DNA of 64,000 nt from Epiperipatus broadwayi. Taxonomy: Eukaryota; Animalia; Onychophora. The stretch lies in NCBI GenBank assembly GCA_028023455.1, contig JAQFVV010000004.1, forward strand, positions 13,764,001-13,828,000, given 5' to 3'. The number at the start of each line of letters is the position of its first letter. The first letter of the stretch is position 1. The notes under the pieces were generated by a model. It had not been told where the DNA came from. It searched no databases and saw only the letters and a program-made list of their open reading frames with translations. Positions 13,527-26,273 of the stretch are shown one piece after another. Both the position numbers and the translations under genes were made by a program.

Positions 13527-14281
13527 AGTTTTAAAACCGAAAAAACAGATTTTTTTCGCAAATAGATTTAGGAAGCATTCCCATAATCATTGCAGTTAAA
13601 ATACAGTTTTTATTATTGGTAAGCCTATAAGTATATGCTATTCTTAATTATAGATTACAAGACAATTGCAAAATATAAAGTCATCGTTAACTGACTCTGT
13701 CTTTTTTCACTCTTCCTCTTTAAAAGATTTTGAAGAGGTTTCACGACCTATCACTAAGATAGATAGAGATGTTGAATCTTGTAATCATTTTGAAATGAAA
13801 GATATACTTTTATGAGGTATAAAGTTAATAGCAAAAATATAAAATTCTTGACATTTAAAACAATTTCTTTTGTCTATATATTTTAAACAATGTAATAGTT
13901 ATATATCTACATAACCAGAATACAATATCCATATTACACAAAATAAAAGACTACATTACAAATAAAGAGATATACATCAAAACATTCACATAATTTTTTA
14001 AAATAACGTATGTTTTTTTATATATTTTAAATAGCCTATGTTTGTAGAGATATTTAATATTCTTTCATTACATTTATTTTTTAATATTTGTAACTTAATC
14101 ACTAATATATTAATATATTTATTCCAAAACTCATTTATATTTTAGAAAACTTATGTCTATCAGAAACTTTTGATCTGTATTCCATAACTCTTTTTATTAT
14201 TATAGATTTTAAAATTATATTATAGACAATTAAACATGTTGTTATAATCCAGCTAATTCTTTTGTTTTACTTTATTTTTAG

Positions 14282-15665
14282 TTGATTACATTATTTATGT
14301 GTTTCCATCACAAAAAATGTATTCCTGCTATACTGATGAGATCTTTCATGAATTATAAAGATCCAAATGCTGTCATTTTAACAACCACGGATAACAACAT
14401 AAAGCTTTACAAATTTCCAACTCAGGTTTTATTCACATTATTTAAAGAATATAGCATTTGGCCTTCAGTGTTTAAGATTTTATTTCTTCCAAACAATTGG
14501 TATATTGTGATACAGTTTAAGAATGCGGTTGCTAAAGAAGCATTTAGAAACAATCACAAAACACTAGAAGGTCATTATTTAATCTCAGTTGATATAAATC
14601 GTTCAACATCTATTGATGGATTTGTACGCAATTGTGGTATTAACTTTGACAAAACAGAACTACAAAGAATTCTCAGCTCCTATGGGAAAATAATATCATT
14701 TGTTTATTCTCATTTAAGAAACATTGACTGTGAAGTTTTTACAAACACTGCTTTTTTTAAAATTGTACTTGCAAAAGATATTTTTCCATTATCCATTCCA
14801 GGGCTTATTCAATTCAATGAATCTCCCATCATAATTAATATGCGTGGAGTCACACCACAGTGCTTCCATTGCTCAAAAAGAGGACATATGAAAACATGCC
14901 CTGAACGTTCATGCCATCAATGTGGTCTAATAAAGAAAAAGTTTCACAAATGTATAATTAAAGATTTTGAGACTTCTTTATCATCCACAACTCTAATTCC
15001 CCAGGGAACGTCGATAAATTTTGAAGGAAATTTATGCAGCAATCTGAATACAGTTTCTTCAAATACTAAATTAAAATACACTGAGCCTTTAAATGACACA
15101 GCTAACATTTAATTTTCAGTCATCAAATCAAACTGAAGCCAGTGCTGGAGAGAAGATAGCTGATTGTCCTGCTGAACTTCAGTCTGAATACAGCCTTATT
15201 GATTCTAATAAAGAATTTCAACCCAAAAATTCCATTCACTCTCTTCCCCCTCTCCGAAAGCACAAAAACAGAAACAGGAAAAATAAGTCACATCAGTCAA
15301 ACTCTTCCTCTTCTGCAGAAAGTGTTGTTATAGATGATATCCTTAACCTTAATCACAATACTCGTTTGGGTCATACTTCTGGAGCAAAAAAATTAAAATG
15401 TGAAAGCCCTAGTCTTTCAGAAACACTAATTGATCTAAGCATGACAGAAACCTCTTTGAAGACTATATCTACAGATCAGTATAATCATAATGATTGTGAA
15501 GAGGTATTACAACTGGAAGATTTCAGTTTGTCTTCTGCCCTTGTTAATCATGACTCAGAAAAGGATATCCTCCATTACAAGAGTGACCGGAATTTCAATA
15601 GCCAACTCCAAGTTGAAGTTGATTGTCAGGATGCTAATAATTCAAATAAATCAGAGAATGATTAA
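14282..15665 (+). pseudogene. ORF1 (Gag-like nucleic-acid-binding protein), frameshifted near 15100
   Basis: RRM-like region followed by CFHCSKRGHMKTC and CHQCGLIKKKFHKC zinc knuckles; low-complexity Ser/Asn/Glu-rich C-terminus in ORF 15093-15665. Confidence 0.85.
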
Positions 15666-18600
15666 TATTGTATCTGTCAATATATGAGGCTTAAATTCTC
15701 GTGACAGGGCATATGCTTTGTCACATTGGTTTCATTCTCCTAGACCTGATATTTTATGTCTTAGTGAGACTAAATTACATTTGCAGTCGAAATCATGCAT
15801 AATTGATATGATACATAGTTTTGGATATTTTCACTACTCTTTCTCTTATTCAGCTTCTGGAAGGGTGGCGATCATAATCAGCAAGAATTCACAAATCACA
15901 TTGTTCAAAATACTATTCATTGACTCAAATTGCCTAATTGTGACCATACAATATCAAAGCTGGTACTTTAATCTGGTAAATATATATCTTCCTAAATCTC
16001 AAGATACTGTTACAAGAGTGATTAATATAATTAATTCAACACTAAGAACTAGCCCTTTTGAAACGATTATTATTGGAGATTTTAATCATACATATCAAGT
16101 CTTTCAAAAAAAATATATTGGTTACATAAATCAGTCTCTGTGCAGTGGAAAATTCTTCTTTGATGATGAAGCTTTCTCTTTTTATACTAAATTATCATGT
16201 TCACTAATTGATTTACTTTTTTTTCACCTTCATTATCATCACAAATAGAAGCTCATCTGTGGCCCATTACGTTCTCTGATCATTATGCTCTGGAGATTAA
16301 AATAATCCAAAGAAACATTCTACAAACTATAATTGAGATGCCAAGGACTATTCACATGCTTACAAAGTTTAATGCCACTATTAAACTGATCTCAGAAGCT
16401 TATATCATTTTCCATAGAACAAAAATTTTAACTCTCCCTGTGGTAGATGCATGGAAGACTTTTATTGAGACACTAACAAAGTTAATAAATTCTTGTACTG
16501 CTAAAACTAAAGGTCCAGTTATTCTTCTCAATGATCTGGACTCCATAGCATGTGATCTCAAAAATATTTCATATGAAGCACAAAATATTCCTAACATTTT
16601 AAATTTAAAATCCAAATACAAGGCTAAACAAAAGGCCATTGCTGAGTACTTATCAATTAAAAGGGCCAGACAATATCTTCATCACCAACATTGCTGGACT
16701 AGGGGGTACATGAGATGGGCCCTTGGCTCTAGCAGAAGTTCAAAGGCACCTGGGTCCATTGAGATACAAGGCAACTGCTATACAGGTTCTTCCATGCTTC
16801 TCAGAATTTGGAAATATTATGCAAAAAAATTCCAACCACTTGGCATTTCTTTTGTCAGGAAATGTTTTGTTTATGAACATTCTGATCAACACAAAATTAC
16901 TGAAGCAAGAATCCTTTCAAAGATTTCATCATTCCCTGACAGAACTCACCCTGGATTACATGGAATACCAACGTTTTTATTACTTCATTTATGCGCATTT
17001 TCAGTCCCCATTATTAAAAAAATATTTAAAAAATGGTAGACTTCTTGGCTAGTGGCTGCTGAGAAACTAATGGGTTTTGCCAAATAAGCATGGTCTCGCT
17101 TGTTAAAAAACCTGAGGGTCAAAAAAATCTTGATAATCTTTGGCCTATCTCTATGGTGCCATTGCTTATTAAAACCATTGAAGGCCTTATTAGAGAGGAT
17201 ATACAAACAAACATTATTGGAAAATTATCAACCTATCAGTTTGCAAAGAAAGGGAGCTCTACTGCTGATGCTGTCAGTCGATTTTGACTTCTAGTCGATT
17301 ATGTTCACAGGAAAAGGATGCCACAGCCAGTTGCAGTTCAACTTGACTTTGCCAGAGCCTTGATTGTGTCAGGGTTGATGTGCTACTTGGTGTACTGTAG
17401 GAACTCCAAGTGCCTCTGACATATCTTCAGATGATTGAGAACCTTCTCCTTAACAGAGAGGTGTTTCTCTCACTTGATGGAAGAGTTGCTCCCAGCTTTC
17501 GGCCTTGTGTATCCATCCATCAGGGCTCGCCACTAAGTGCACTACTCTTCACAGTCTATGTGAACCCATTGCTGTTGAGCATCGAGTCTTTCCTTCCTGG
17601 GATTTATATTCCTTTATTGAGAGAGAACATATGCCATATTTCCTATATGGATGATGTGGTTGTGTTTCTCTCATCTCAGGATGAGTTCTCTAGACTTGAG
17701 GAACTCCTAGACCAGTTTGCATGTGAATTTGGCCTGGCAATTAATGGAGCAAAGTCAGAAATGTGGTCCATCCTGACAGGGAAGCAAATATCTGGTAGAC
17801 TAAAAGCTCCCCCACAGAAATTTCTTGATTTTAGTATTGCTTCTTCTCCAGCAGCCATGAGAAAAGAACTTGAAAATTCATTAATTTTAAAGATTGAAAA
17901 GACTGTTAATTCACTATCTAAAATTTATCTTTCTCTGTTTGGAAAGGTTGCACTCCTTAATTCTGTGATTTTACCAAAAATTATTTATTATCTAGCTGGT
18001 TTTTCACCAACAATTTGTTTCATCCGCAAGGTTGAATCTCTATGCAGAAAGCTGTGCTGGGGAGGGAAGACACCAGCAATAAGTCTTAATATTTTGCAAA
18101 AACCAAGATATCTTAATGGTTTAGGACTGCACTCGATTAAAATTTTTCTGATACAGAGGACTTACAATGTCCTTGTTAAAATTTTCAAAGACAATGCAAA
18201 CATAGAAAGTCCCTTACCTTTTGAAAAAATAATCCCCACTGATCGTCCACCCCCTCATAAAAAAAATATCTGGATGCAACAACAATTAACTATTGTCTTT
18301 AATAGTATCAAAAGCTCTAGCTCCATGTTTGATGAAAAAATATCATACTGGAGTTCTTATCAATTAGTTCACTCTGGTAAATCTAGGACAGATAATCTTC
18401 TCCCAGTTGCAATCCCTCATCTCATAAGGCTGACTAAGTTCCTGAAATTGGAACCAAAGTTTGTGGATTTTTTGGTTAAGGTCAACCTTGGAGCCTTGCC
18501 TACTGGGATGTTTCTTTGTAATCAGAGGGGACACAACATTGATACAGTGTGTACTCTTTGTAGAAGATTTGATGAGTCCATTGAACACATACTCTATCAA

Positions 18601-18894
18601 TGTGAATGGTGGACTCGGTTACAGAATATTGCCCTACAGAGGATTACAGGATACAATTCTTCAAATGTCTACCTTAATGATGCATTCAAAAGTGGAAATT
18701 TTGGCTCCATCCACCTGGCCACTTTCATAAATTTTATCATATGGAAGATTAGATGTAAGGTATTATTTGATAGAGAGTTGGCCGGTCCTATTGAAGACAT
18801 TTTCTTAAAGTTATTATATAAAGCTAAAGAAAGTGATCTAAGAACATGCCTGCCTAGTCTTGCTGAGCAAACATGGAGTCAATTAAATATTTAG
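15658..18894 (+). pseudogene. ORF2: APE endonuclease, reverse transcriptase and C-terminal CCHC finger, with several stops and frameshifts
   Basis: MINIVSVNI*GLN, LSETK, GDFN, SDH (16275), PGLHGIP, WPISM, LDFARA, QGSPLS (17521), YMDD (17644-17655), CTLC..DESIEHILYQC (18550-18603). The ATG overlaps the ORF1 stop by 8 nt. Confidence 0.92.
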
Positions 18895-19354
18895 CAATGG
18901 CCATGTATATTATTTATTCATGACACTTAAACTTTACACGCCATGGGATTTATATGCCAAATTAGATCACCCCTGATAAGTAACATAACATAAATTTTAC
19001 TTTTAATCCTGTACTCATCATCTAATTTAATAACTAATTAGTCTTTAATGTATCAGACATGATTGTAAACATGAACTCTATATTACAATGTATATTTTAC
19101 TTTTTGTGCAAATAAAGATTATTTTGAAAAAAAAAAAAGAATTTATTTACTTCTCAATGATAATATTTAATGTTGTATTTCTGTTTACATGAGTATAATC
19201 TCTTAATTTTTATTCTTTATCAAATTAAAAATCCATGAAAAAATGCAAATTAATACATTTGTCATATCTGTATTTTAGAAAAATCACAGTTAACAATATT
19301 TCAACAATTATATCTATTAAAAATTACTAATTTATATATTAAAAATACAAAATT

Positions 19355-20103
19355 ATAAACAGAGTAGCTAAAAGTCAAAAAACATTATTCACAAAAAACA
19401 ATTTGCCAAGCGCTTTCAGTACTGTATACCAGAATCATGGTGACATATTGGAACTGAATGGTTTAATATTCCAGTGTATGTGCAATGGGACACTAGTGTT
19501 ATGCTGATTGATAACGTTTTTAGACTTTGCAATAAACCAGCCTCTTTCAACTTCATTTTCCTATCATTTGATTCATTGCACACAATAGTGATATTTTGAG
19601 GATAAAACTCATGTCCATGACTATTTTCATGATTTGAAAAAACAGAATTAACCTGTAAATGACTTTTAGTTTTTTTTTCACTGATAAATATGCTGTCATA
19701 ATCTCCATTACCTGCAAAGAAATTGGTTGTAATGCTATTTATCACAGCGAAATGAAGGCTAATGTTTAACATGATTACAACAGCATATTTATCAGTATAA
19801 AAAATCTAAAAGTGATTTACAGGTTAATTTGGTTTTTTTTCAAATCATGAAAGTAGTTGTGGATATGAGTGGGTGCAATGAATCAAGTGATAGAAAAAAG
19901 AAGTTGAAAGAGATTTTGTTTATTGTGAAGTCTAAAAATGTTATCAATCAGCATAATACTAGTGTTTCACTGAGCATGCACTGGAATATTAAACCATTCA
20001 GTTCGAATATGTCACCATGATTCTGGTATACAGTACCGAAAATGCTTGGCAAATTGTTTTTTGTGATTAATAATTATTTTTTAATTTTAGCTACTCTGTT
20101 TAT
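19355..20103. mobile_element. PLE 3' end (GIY-YIG C-terminus plus HHR-like motif) as an inverted duplication
   Basis: Arms 19355-19697 and 19780-20103; minus ORF NHENSHGHEF...IVCNESNDRKMKLKEAGLL matches the PLE H..GH.F...IL..E.N..R..KEA pattern. Confidence 0.8.
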
Positions 20104-20403
20104 CACACTTTATACAGGAAAAATAACTTTCATTATCTGCTAAAGTTTTTGTATTATTTATTAAAAATATAAATAATTTTAACTTTGTAAATAATCATAT
20201 GTTTCATTATATATATATAACAAAAGTACCTAAACATATAATTAAATGTAAGTATATATTTTATAAGAGTGTGTTGACCATTAATAATTATTATGGGATT
20301 AAAATTTAAAATTTTTAATTTGTCATCAAGACTTTTGATGTTACGAATCTTTATTAAAGTTATATATGTAAAATATTAAGGATTTTAAACTTCTCCCTCG
20401 ATA

Positions 20404-20634
20404 ATTTAATATACAAATTAAAAAGCGTATGAAACACTTGAACGAGAAGCTATAAAGATTCCAAAAATTATTATACATTAAGCGCTTTCAAGGCCATTTG
20501 CCTCATATTCATAGTGGTAATGCACTATGAATATGAGGCAAATGGCCTTGAAAGTGCTTAGTGTATAACAATTTTTGAAATCTTTATAGCTTCTCGTTCA
20601 AGTGTTTCATACGCTTTTTAATTTGTATATTAAA
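20404..20634. repeat. Inverted repeat, about 113-bp arms, 6-nt spacer, HHR in each arm
   Basis: 20404-20516 versus 20523-20634, spacer gtaatg. Confidence 0.95.
20520..20566 (+). ncRNA. Type I hammerhead with A3-U8 variant core
   Basis: Stem I atgcact/agtgtat; core ATGAATA; stem II gaggc/gcctt; GAAA; stem III AGTGCT (AGCGCT in the mirror arm); U17. Confidence 0.65.
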
Positions 20635-20659
20635 GTTATATATGTATATATATATATAT

Positions 20660-22950
20660 TGTAACGATATATAAATATGCCATTACATTAATTTAAAATA
20701 AAAACTTTAAGTTCCAAATAAAAATAAATTTATTAAAAACAAAAAGCTAAAAAAATTAAAGAGTTGTTAAACGTGTATATGTATATATATTCACACAGAT
20801 CAAAACTTTAAAAAATATTTTCTTTTTAAAAAAATATATATTTGAACGTACTTTTTTAGAAAAAAGTACAAGATCTAAAGATAAAATATTTTTGTAAATG
20901 GAAATGATTGTTTTATAAATTAATTGAAAAGCAAACTAGCCCTTGGGGCTCTTATAGAAAAAAGGGTCAGTTGAAAGATATAGATAAGAGAATAAAAAAT
21001 AAATTATATGTCAAATATAGAAGCAGCAATGAAGGCCCGGACCATAATGAAAATGAGTGACATTTTGTTCATTGAATCCAGGGAGTACTGTAAAAGGAAA
21101 AATATTGAAATTAAGAAGTTCCAGCTTGATTTTTGTGAGAAGAGCGATAAGATGCACTTGTCACTCTCTCTCACTTATTTCAAATAAAATGACTAAATAT
21201 AGCTTTACTTCTCAGTATATGTAAAATATATAATTGTTAATTAGAGAAGATATTAATTAGTATTAAAGTTTATCGGCTTAACGTTTTTGAGGATCCATGC
21301 CTCATATTCATGAATATGAGGCATGGATCCTTGAAAACGTTAAGCCGATAAACTTTAATACTAATTAATATCTTCTCTAATTAACAATTATATAAAATGA
21401 CTGTAATACCAGGATTGAACCAGCTTAGACCTCCTCCTGAACAACAGACCGGACTTCAAATAGAGACATCATGGGAATTGGCACCAGGAACCATGATTCT
21501 CCTTCTGTAAGACATGAACTATCAAATTTAAAAATAATTAAGAACTTTCGTTCAAACTTTTAAGATTCAGCTAACCTAAATTTAAAAATGAACTCTTATC
21601 TGACTTTCAAATTTTCAAATTGATAATTAATGTTAATATTATATATATTTGAGCTTGCTAAAAAAAAATCATTTCCATTTTTATTTTTTATTAATATTGT
21701 ATAAATTATTTAAATGCATTAAATTTAAGTTGAGTATTGATGCTTGCATGGATTCGTTCACGTTTAATTATGTTTTTGTTTTCATATTTGATTGGAATAT
21801 ATAGACATTCGGTAAATAATGATATCTTATGTTGAATATCTAAAATGTATTTATTTGGATGTCTTTTTAGTTATTGGTGTCAATGTGGCATCTTATGATG
21901 AATGCCATTGGGTTTCTTGTAAATTCCCTCTGCAATTACATCAATGACTTTATATTTTGATCATTTATGTTTATTTTGAGATGTTTTTGAGCGTGTAATC
22001 TGTGTAATCGATCTATACTCAACATTAAAAAACAAACTTTTATAAATCCATCTGTGTGAACTTATATAAATGTTAAATTTAAGTCGGGTGTGAATGGCTA
22101 TATAGATTTGTAAAGTATATTAATTAATTATGGAAGGGTTAATCTTAGGTTATTTGTTTCATGGTTAAATTGGGTCAGTGGATTGGATATATTGGTGTAA
22201 TTAGTAGATGTAGTATGAGATTCACCACATGCAGGATCACATATTACACTGCACACCCCCTTTTTGCCTATGGAATGGGATCGTAAGTCGGCAAAAAAAC
22301 CGCAATCCCTTCCTATGGCATTTTTTTATTGTTCTTCTTGCCATACAGATGTAACATTCCTGTATTGGACAAGAGTCAATGTCTTCTCTAACCATGCTGT
22401 TCAGATGTACATTCCTGACAGTATAGTATTTTGTGCTGTTGTATTTTCATGCTACATTGAATACATCAATGTATCAGATGGATTGACGCCGGTTTGACTG
22501 TGAACTTTTGGCCTAAGGTTAAATAAGGGATAGAATGTTTTCTTTTCAAATGCAATCTATGTAGTTTATTCATACTCGACAATCCTAAAATAAATATAAA
22601 ATTTATCTGTGTGAATGATTTCAAATCTTAAAATAATAATTTAAATTAAAAGTTAATATTAAAATCTGAATAATAAATGTTATTCCTCAAATTCTAAAAT
22701 GATTATATATATGCATAAATAAATGTTGTTTGTGTATTAATTACTGGCAGTGGCTTATTTTATTCTTTTTTAATATTAAAAATAGTCTTAGATAAGAATT
22801 TATAATAAAATATTAATTTCCGCTGTTCCACTGAGCTAGTGTCATTGGGCTAACAGTCTAAATATAAAATAAAGTGGGATCTTAACAGCATGTATCTGCC
22901 TATTCTATAAATTTTCTAGGTTCAAATGCCTAGATGGTGCCCTTGTAGTG
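20660..22950. repeat. About 2-kb duplicated element, copy 1
   Basis: Collinear high-identity match to 23528-25515; starts TGTAACG..(C/T)ATTACA and ends CCCTTGTAGTG. Confidence 0.95.
21195..21394. mobile_element. Insertion containing a 168-bp zero-spacer palindrome, 11-bp TSD
   Basis: Palindrome 21227-21394 centred at 21310/21311; TSD ataaaatgact at 21184-21194 and 21392-21402; empty site in copy 2 at about 24045-24055. Confidence 0.9.
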
Positions 22951-23527
22951 TAGAGATGGTAAGACTCTATTGATCTCCAAAACCCCGACCGTTATAATTG
23001 GCTAGCTAATGTGAGCCAATTTTTAATAAACCATGAGTGCCCTGAGAATTTTAAAAATAAATCATGACAGTAACATTTTTCTTTAAAAATGAGTATATAT
23101 ATTTTTGTATTAACGTAAAGTTATAGGTTGAATTGTGTTTTAAAGGTACTGCTGGTAAAAAAAATTATGCATACATAGGAATAAATGCGAGGAATAAAAT
23201 GTAATAATTAATATAAATCTTTTTTTTTTTAAAAAAAAAAGTCTTATTTAAAACCCAAGTGTTTAACGTGCCTAAGTAATAGTTAAAAGTAGGGGAAAAG
23301 AAACTTGGAAGGGAGGGGGTAGAAATTTAGCTGGTAGTAAAGAATAAGCAGTCAACAATTTTTTTTTATCATTATATTTGTGTGTAATTACCATGTTGTC
23401 TTTTAAAAAAAAATAGTTTTGTCCTTTTGAAATTTTCATATATAATCAATTTGTGTAACGTAATTACTAACACTAAGTAAATTCTTTTTTTTTTAATGTT
23501 TTTGTTTTTTGAGGAAGTTTACTGATA

Positions 23528-25515
23528 TGTAACGATATATAAATATGCCGTTACATTAATTTAAAATAAAAACTTTAAGTTTGCAAATAAAAATAAATTT
23601 ATTAAAAAAATAAAAGCTAAAAAATTAAAGAGTTGTTAAATGTGTATATGTATTCGCACAGATGCAAAACTTTAAAAATTATTTTCTTTTAAAAATATAT
23701 ATATTTGAACGTACTTTTTTAGAAAAAAGTACAAGATCTAAAGATAAAATATTTTTGTAAATGGAAATGATTGTTCTATAAATTAATTGAAAGGCAAACT
23801 AGCCCTTGGGGTTCTTATAGAAAAAAGGGTTAGTTGAAAGATATAGATAAGAGAATAAAAAATAAATTAGATGTCAAATATAGAAGCAGCAATGAAGGCC
23901 TGAACCATAATGAAAATGAGTGATGTTTTGTTTTTTGAATCCAGGGATTACTATAAAAGGAAAAATATTGAACTTAAGAACAGTTCTAGCTTGATTTTTG
24001 TGAGAAGAACGATAAGACGCACTTGTCTCTCTCACTTATTTCAAATAAAATGACTGTAATACCAGGATTGAACCAGCTTAGGCCTCCTCCTGAACAACAG
24101 ACCGACTTCAAATAGAGACATCATGGGAATTGGCACCAGGAGCCGTGATTCTCCTTCTGTAAGACATGAACTATCAAATTTAAAAATAATTAAGAACTTT
24201 TGTTCAAACTTTTAAGATTCAGCTAACCTAAATTTAAAAACGAACTCTTATCTGACTTTCAAATTTTCAAATTGATAATTAATGTTAATATTATATATAT
24301 ATATATTTGAGTTTGCTAAAAAAAAAATCATTTCCATTTTTATTTTTTATTAATATTGTATAAATTATTTAAATGCATTAAATTTAAGTTGAGTATTGAT
24401 GCTTGCATGGATTCGTTCACGTTTAATTATGTTTTTGTTTTCATATTTGATTGGAATATATAGACATTCGGTAAATAATGATATCTTACATTGAATATCT
24501 AAAATGTATTTATTCAGATGTCTTTTTAGTTATTGGTGTCAATGTGGCATCTTATGATGAATGCCATTGGGTTTCTTGTAAATTCCCTCTGCAATTACAT
24601 CAATGACTTTATATTTTGATCATTTATGTTTATTTTGAGATGTTTTTGAGTGTGTAATCTGTGTAATCGATCTATACTCAACATTAAAAAACCAACTTTT
24701 ATAAATCCATCTGTGCAAACTTATATAAATGTTAAATTTAAGTCAGGCATGAATGGCTATAGAGATTTGTAAAGTTAGATTATTTGTTTTGTGGTTAAAT
24801 TGGGTCAGGGGATTGGATATATTGGTGTAATTAGTAGATGTAGTATGAGATTTGCCACATGCAGGATCACGTATTACACTGCACACCCCCTTTTTGCCTA
24901 TGGAATGGGATCATAAGTCGGCAAAAGGACCGCAATCCTTTCCTATGGAGTTTTTTTTTATTGTTCTTCTTGCCATACAGATGTAACATTCCTGTATAGG
25001 ACAAGAGTCAATGTCTTCTCTAACCATGCTGTTCAGATGTACATTCCTGACAGTATAGTATTTTGTGCTGTTGTATTTTCATGCTACATTGAATACATCA
25101 ATATATCAGATGGATTGACGCCAGTTTGACTGCGAACTTTTGGCCTAAGATTAAATAAGGGATAGAATATTTTCTTTTCAAATACAATCTATGTAGTTTA
25201 TTCATACTCGACAATCTTAAAATAAATATAAAATTCATCTGTGTGGATGATGTCAAATCTTAAAATAATATTTTAAATTAAAAGTTAATATTAAAATCTA
25301 AATAATAAATGTTATTCCTCATTTTATTCTTTTTTTAATATTAAAAATAGTCTTAGATAAGAATTTATAATAAAATATCAATCTCTGCTGTTCCACTGAG
25401 CTAATGACATTGGGCTAACGGTCTAAATATAAAATAAAGTGGGATCTTAACAGCACATATATGCCTACTCTATAAATTTTTTAGGTTCAAATGCCTAGAT
25501 GGCGCCCTTGTAGTG
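23528..25515. repeat. About 2-kb duplicated element, copy 2
   Basis: Match to 20660-22950, lacking the palindrome insertion and two short segments. Confidence 0.95.
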
Positions 25516-25755
25516 AAGATACATTAAGACTCATATTTTCATCCTGATCATTATAATATATATATATAAAGATGCTGTCAAGAAAATTTCATAGAAAAAT
25601 GAATCAATGGCTTAAAAATATTGAACAGTTTTTTAACAAATCAGATTATAAACAAAGGCAAAACTCTCCATACAGTAGTGCCACCCTGTAGTAACCAGAG
25701 TAATCAATAGATGCCAGAAGGCTTGTGCATAAAATCCCTATCTAGTGCCTACTCA

Positions 25756-25812
25756 TCCAATATCCCCAGACTAGTTTCTGGCTTGTGGACATCATCAGTG
25801 AGGAGCCTTGGA
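25756..25812 (-). ncRNA. Type I hammerhead ribozyme (family A)
   Basis: tccaa-ggct-cctca CTGATGA tgtc-cacaa-gcca GAAAC-TA-GTC tgggg-ata-ttgga; one stem II mismatch. Confidence 0.85.
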
Positions 25813-26216
25813 TCTGAGAGCACTGCATCTAGATCTTAGGATCTAATGCAACTCTCCAGAACCCACCTTTTAACTCTACTTTACTACAAAACTATGAGAA
25901 TGAAATTGAAAACACAAAACTATTTACAACAATTATGTGCTAGTATGAGAAGGTGATCATGTGATATTTAGTGGTTTAACACCAATCCTGCATAATAGAA
26001 TAGTGGTGGCTATGGTTGTTTAAGAGCCAAAGACACCAAAATGTATGGGTGCTGAATTGAGTTCAGACCCATATGACTATATAATCTTTTGAACTTAGAT
26101 TGAAAATATTTTTGTGTTTTCAATTTCATTCTCATAGTTTTGTAGTAAAGTAGAGTTAAAAGGTGGCTGCTGGAGGGTTGCATTAGATCCTAAGATCTTG
26201 GTGCAGTGATCTCAGA

Positions 26217-26273
26217 TCCAAGGCTCCTCTCTGATGATGGCCACAAGCCAGAAACTAGTCTGGGGATATTGGA
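26217..26273 (+). ncRNA. Type I hammerhead ribozyme (family A)
   Basis: CTGATGA 26231-26237, stem II tggc/gcca, GAAAC-TA-GTC 26251-26260 (predicted cleavage after 26260), bipartite stem I. Confidence 0.9.

Larger units (their letters stand above)
14282..19138 (+). mobile_element. L1/Tx1-clade non-LTR retrotransposon, near full length, inactivated
   Basis: Two-ORF layout, APE-RT-CCHC order, AATAAA 19111-19116 and A12 tail 19127-19138; no TSD found. Confidence 0.93.

Noticed and set aside
23528-23555. TGTAACG...CGTTACA as an LTR
   Set aside because: Only 28 nt long, with no adjacent primer-binding site or polypurine tract.
26007-26069. Pol III A/B boxes in family A (TGGCTATGGTTG; GAGTTCAGACC)
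   Set aside because: The B-like motif is conserved in both loci but the A-like motif is weak and differs between them; not asserted as a promoter.
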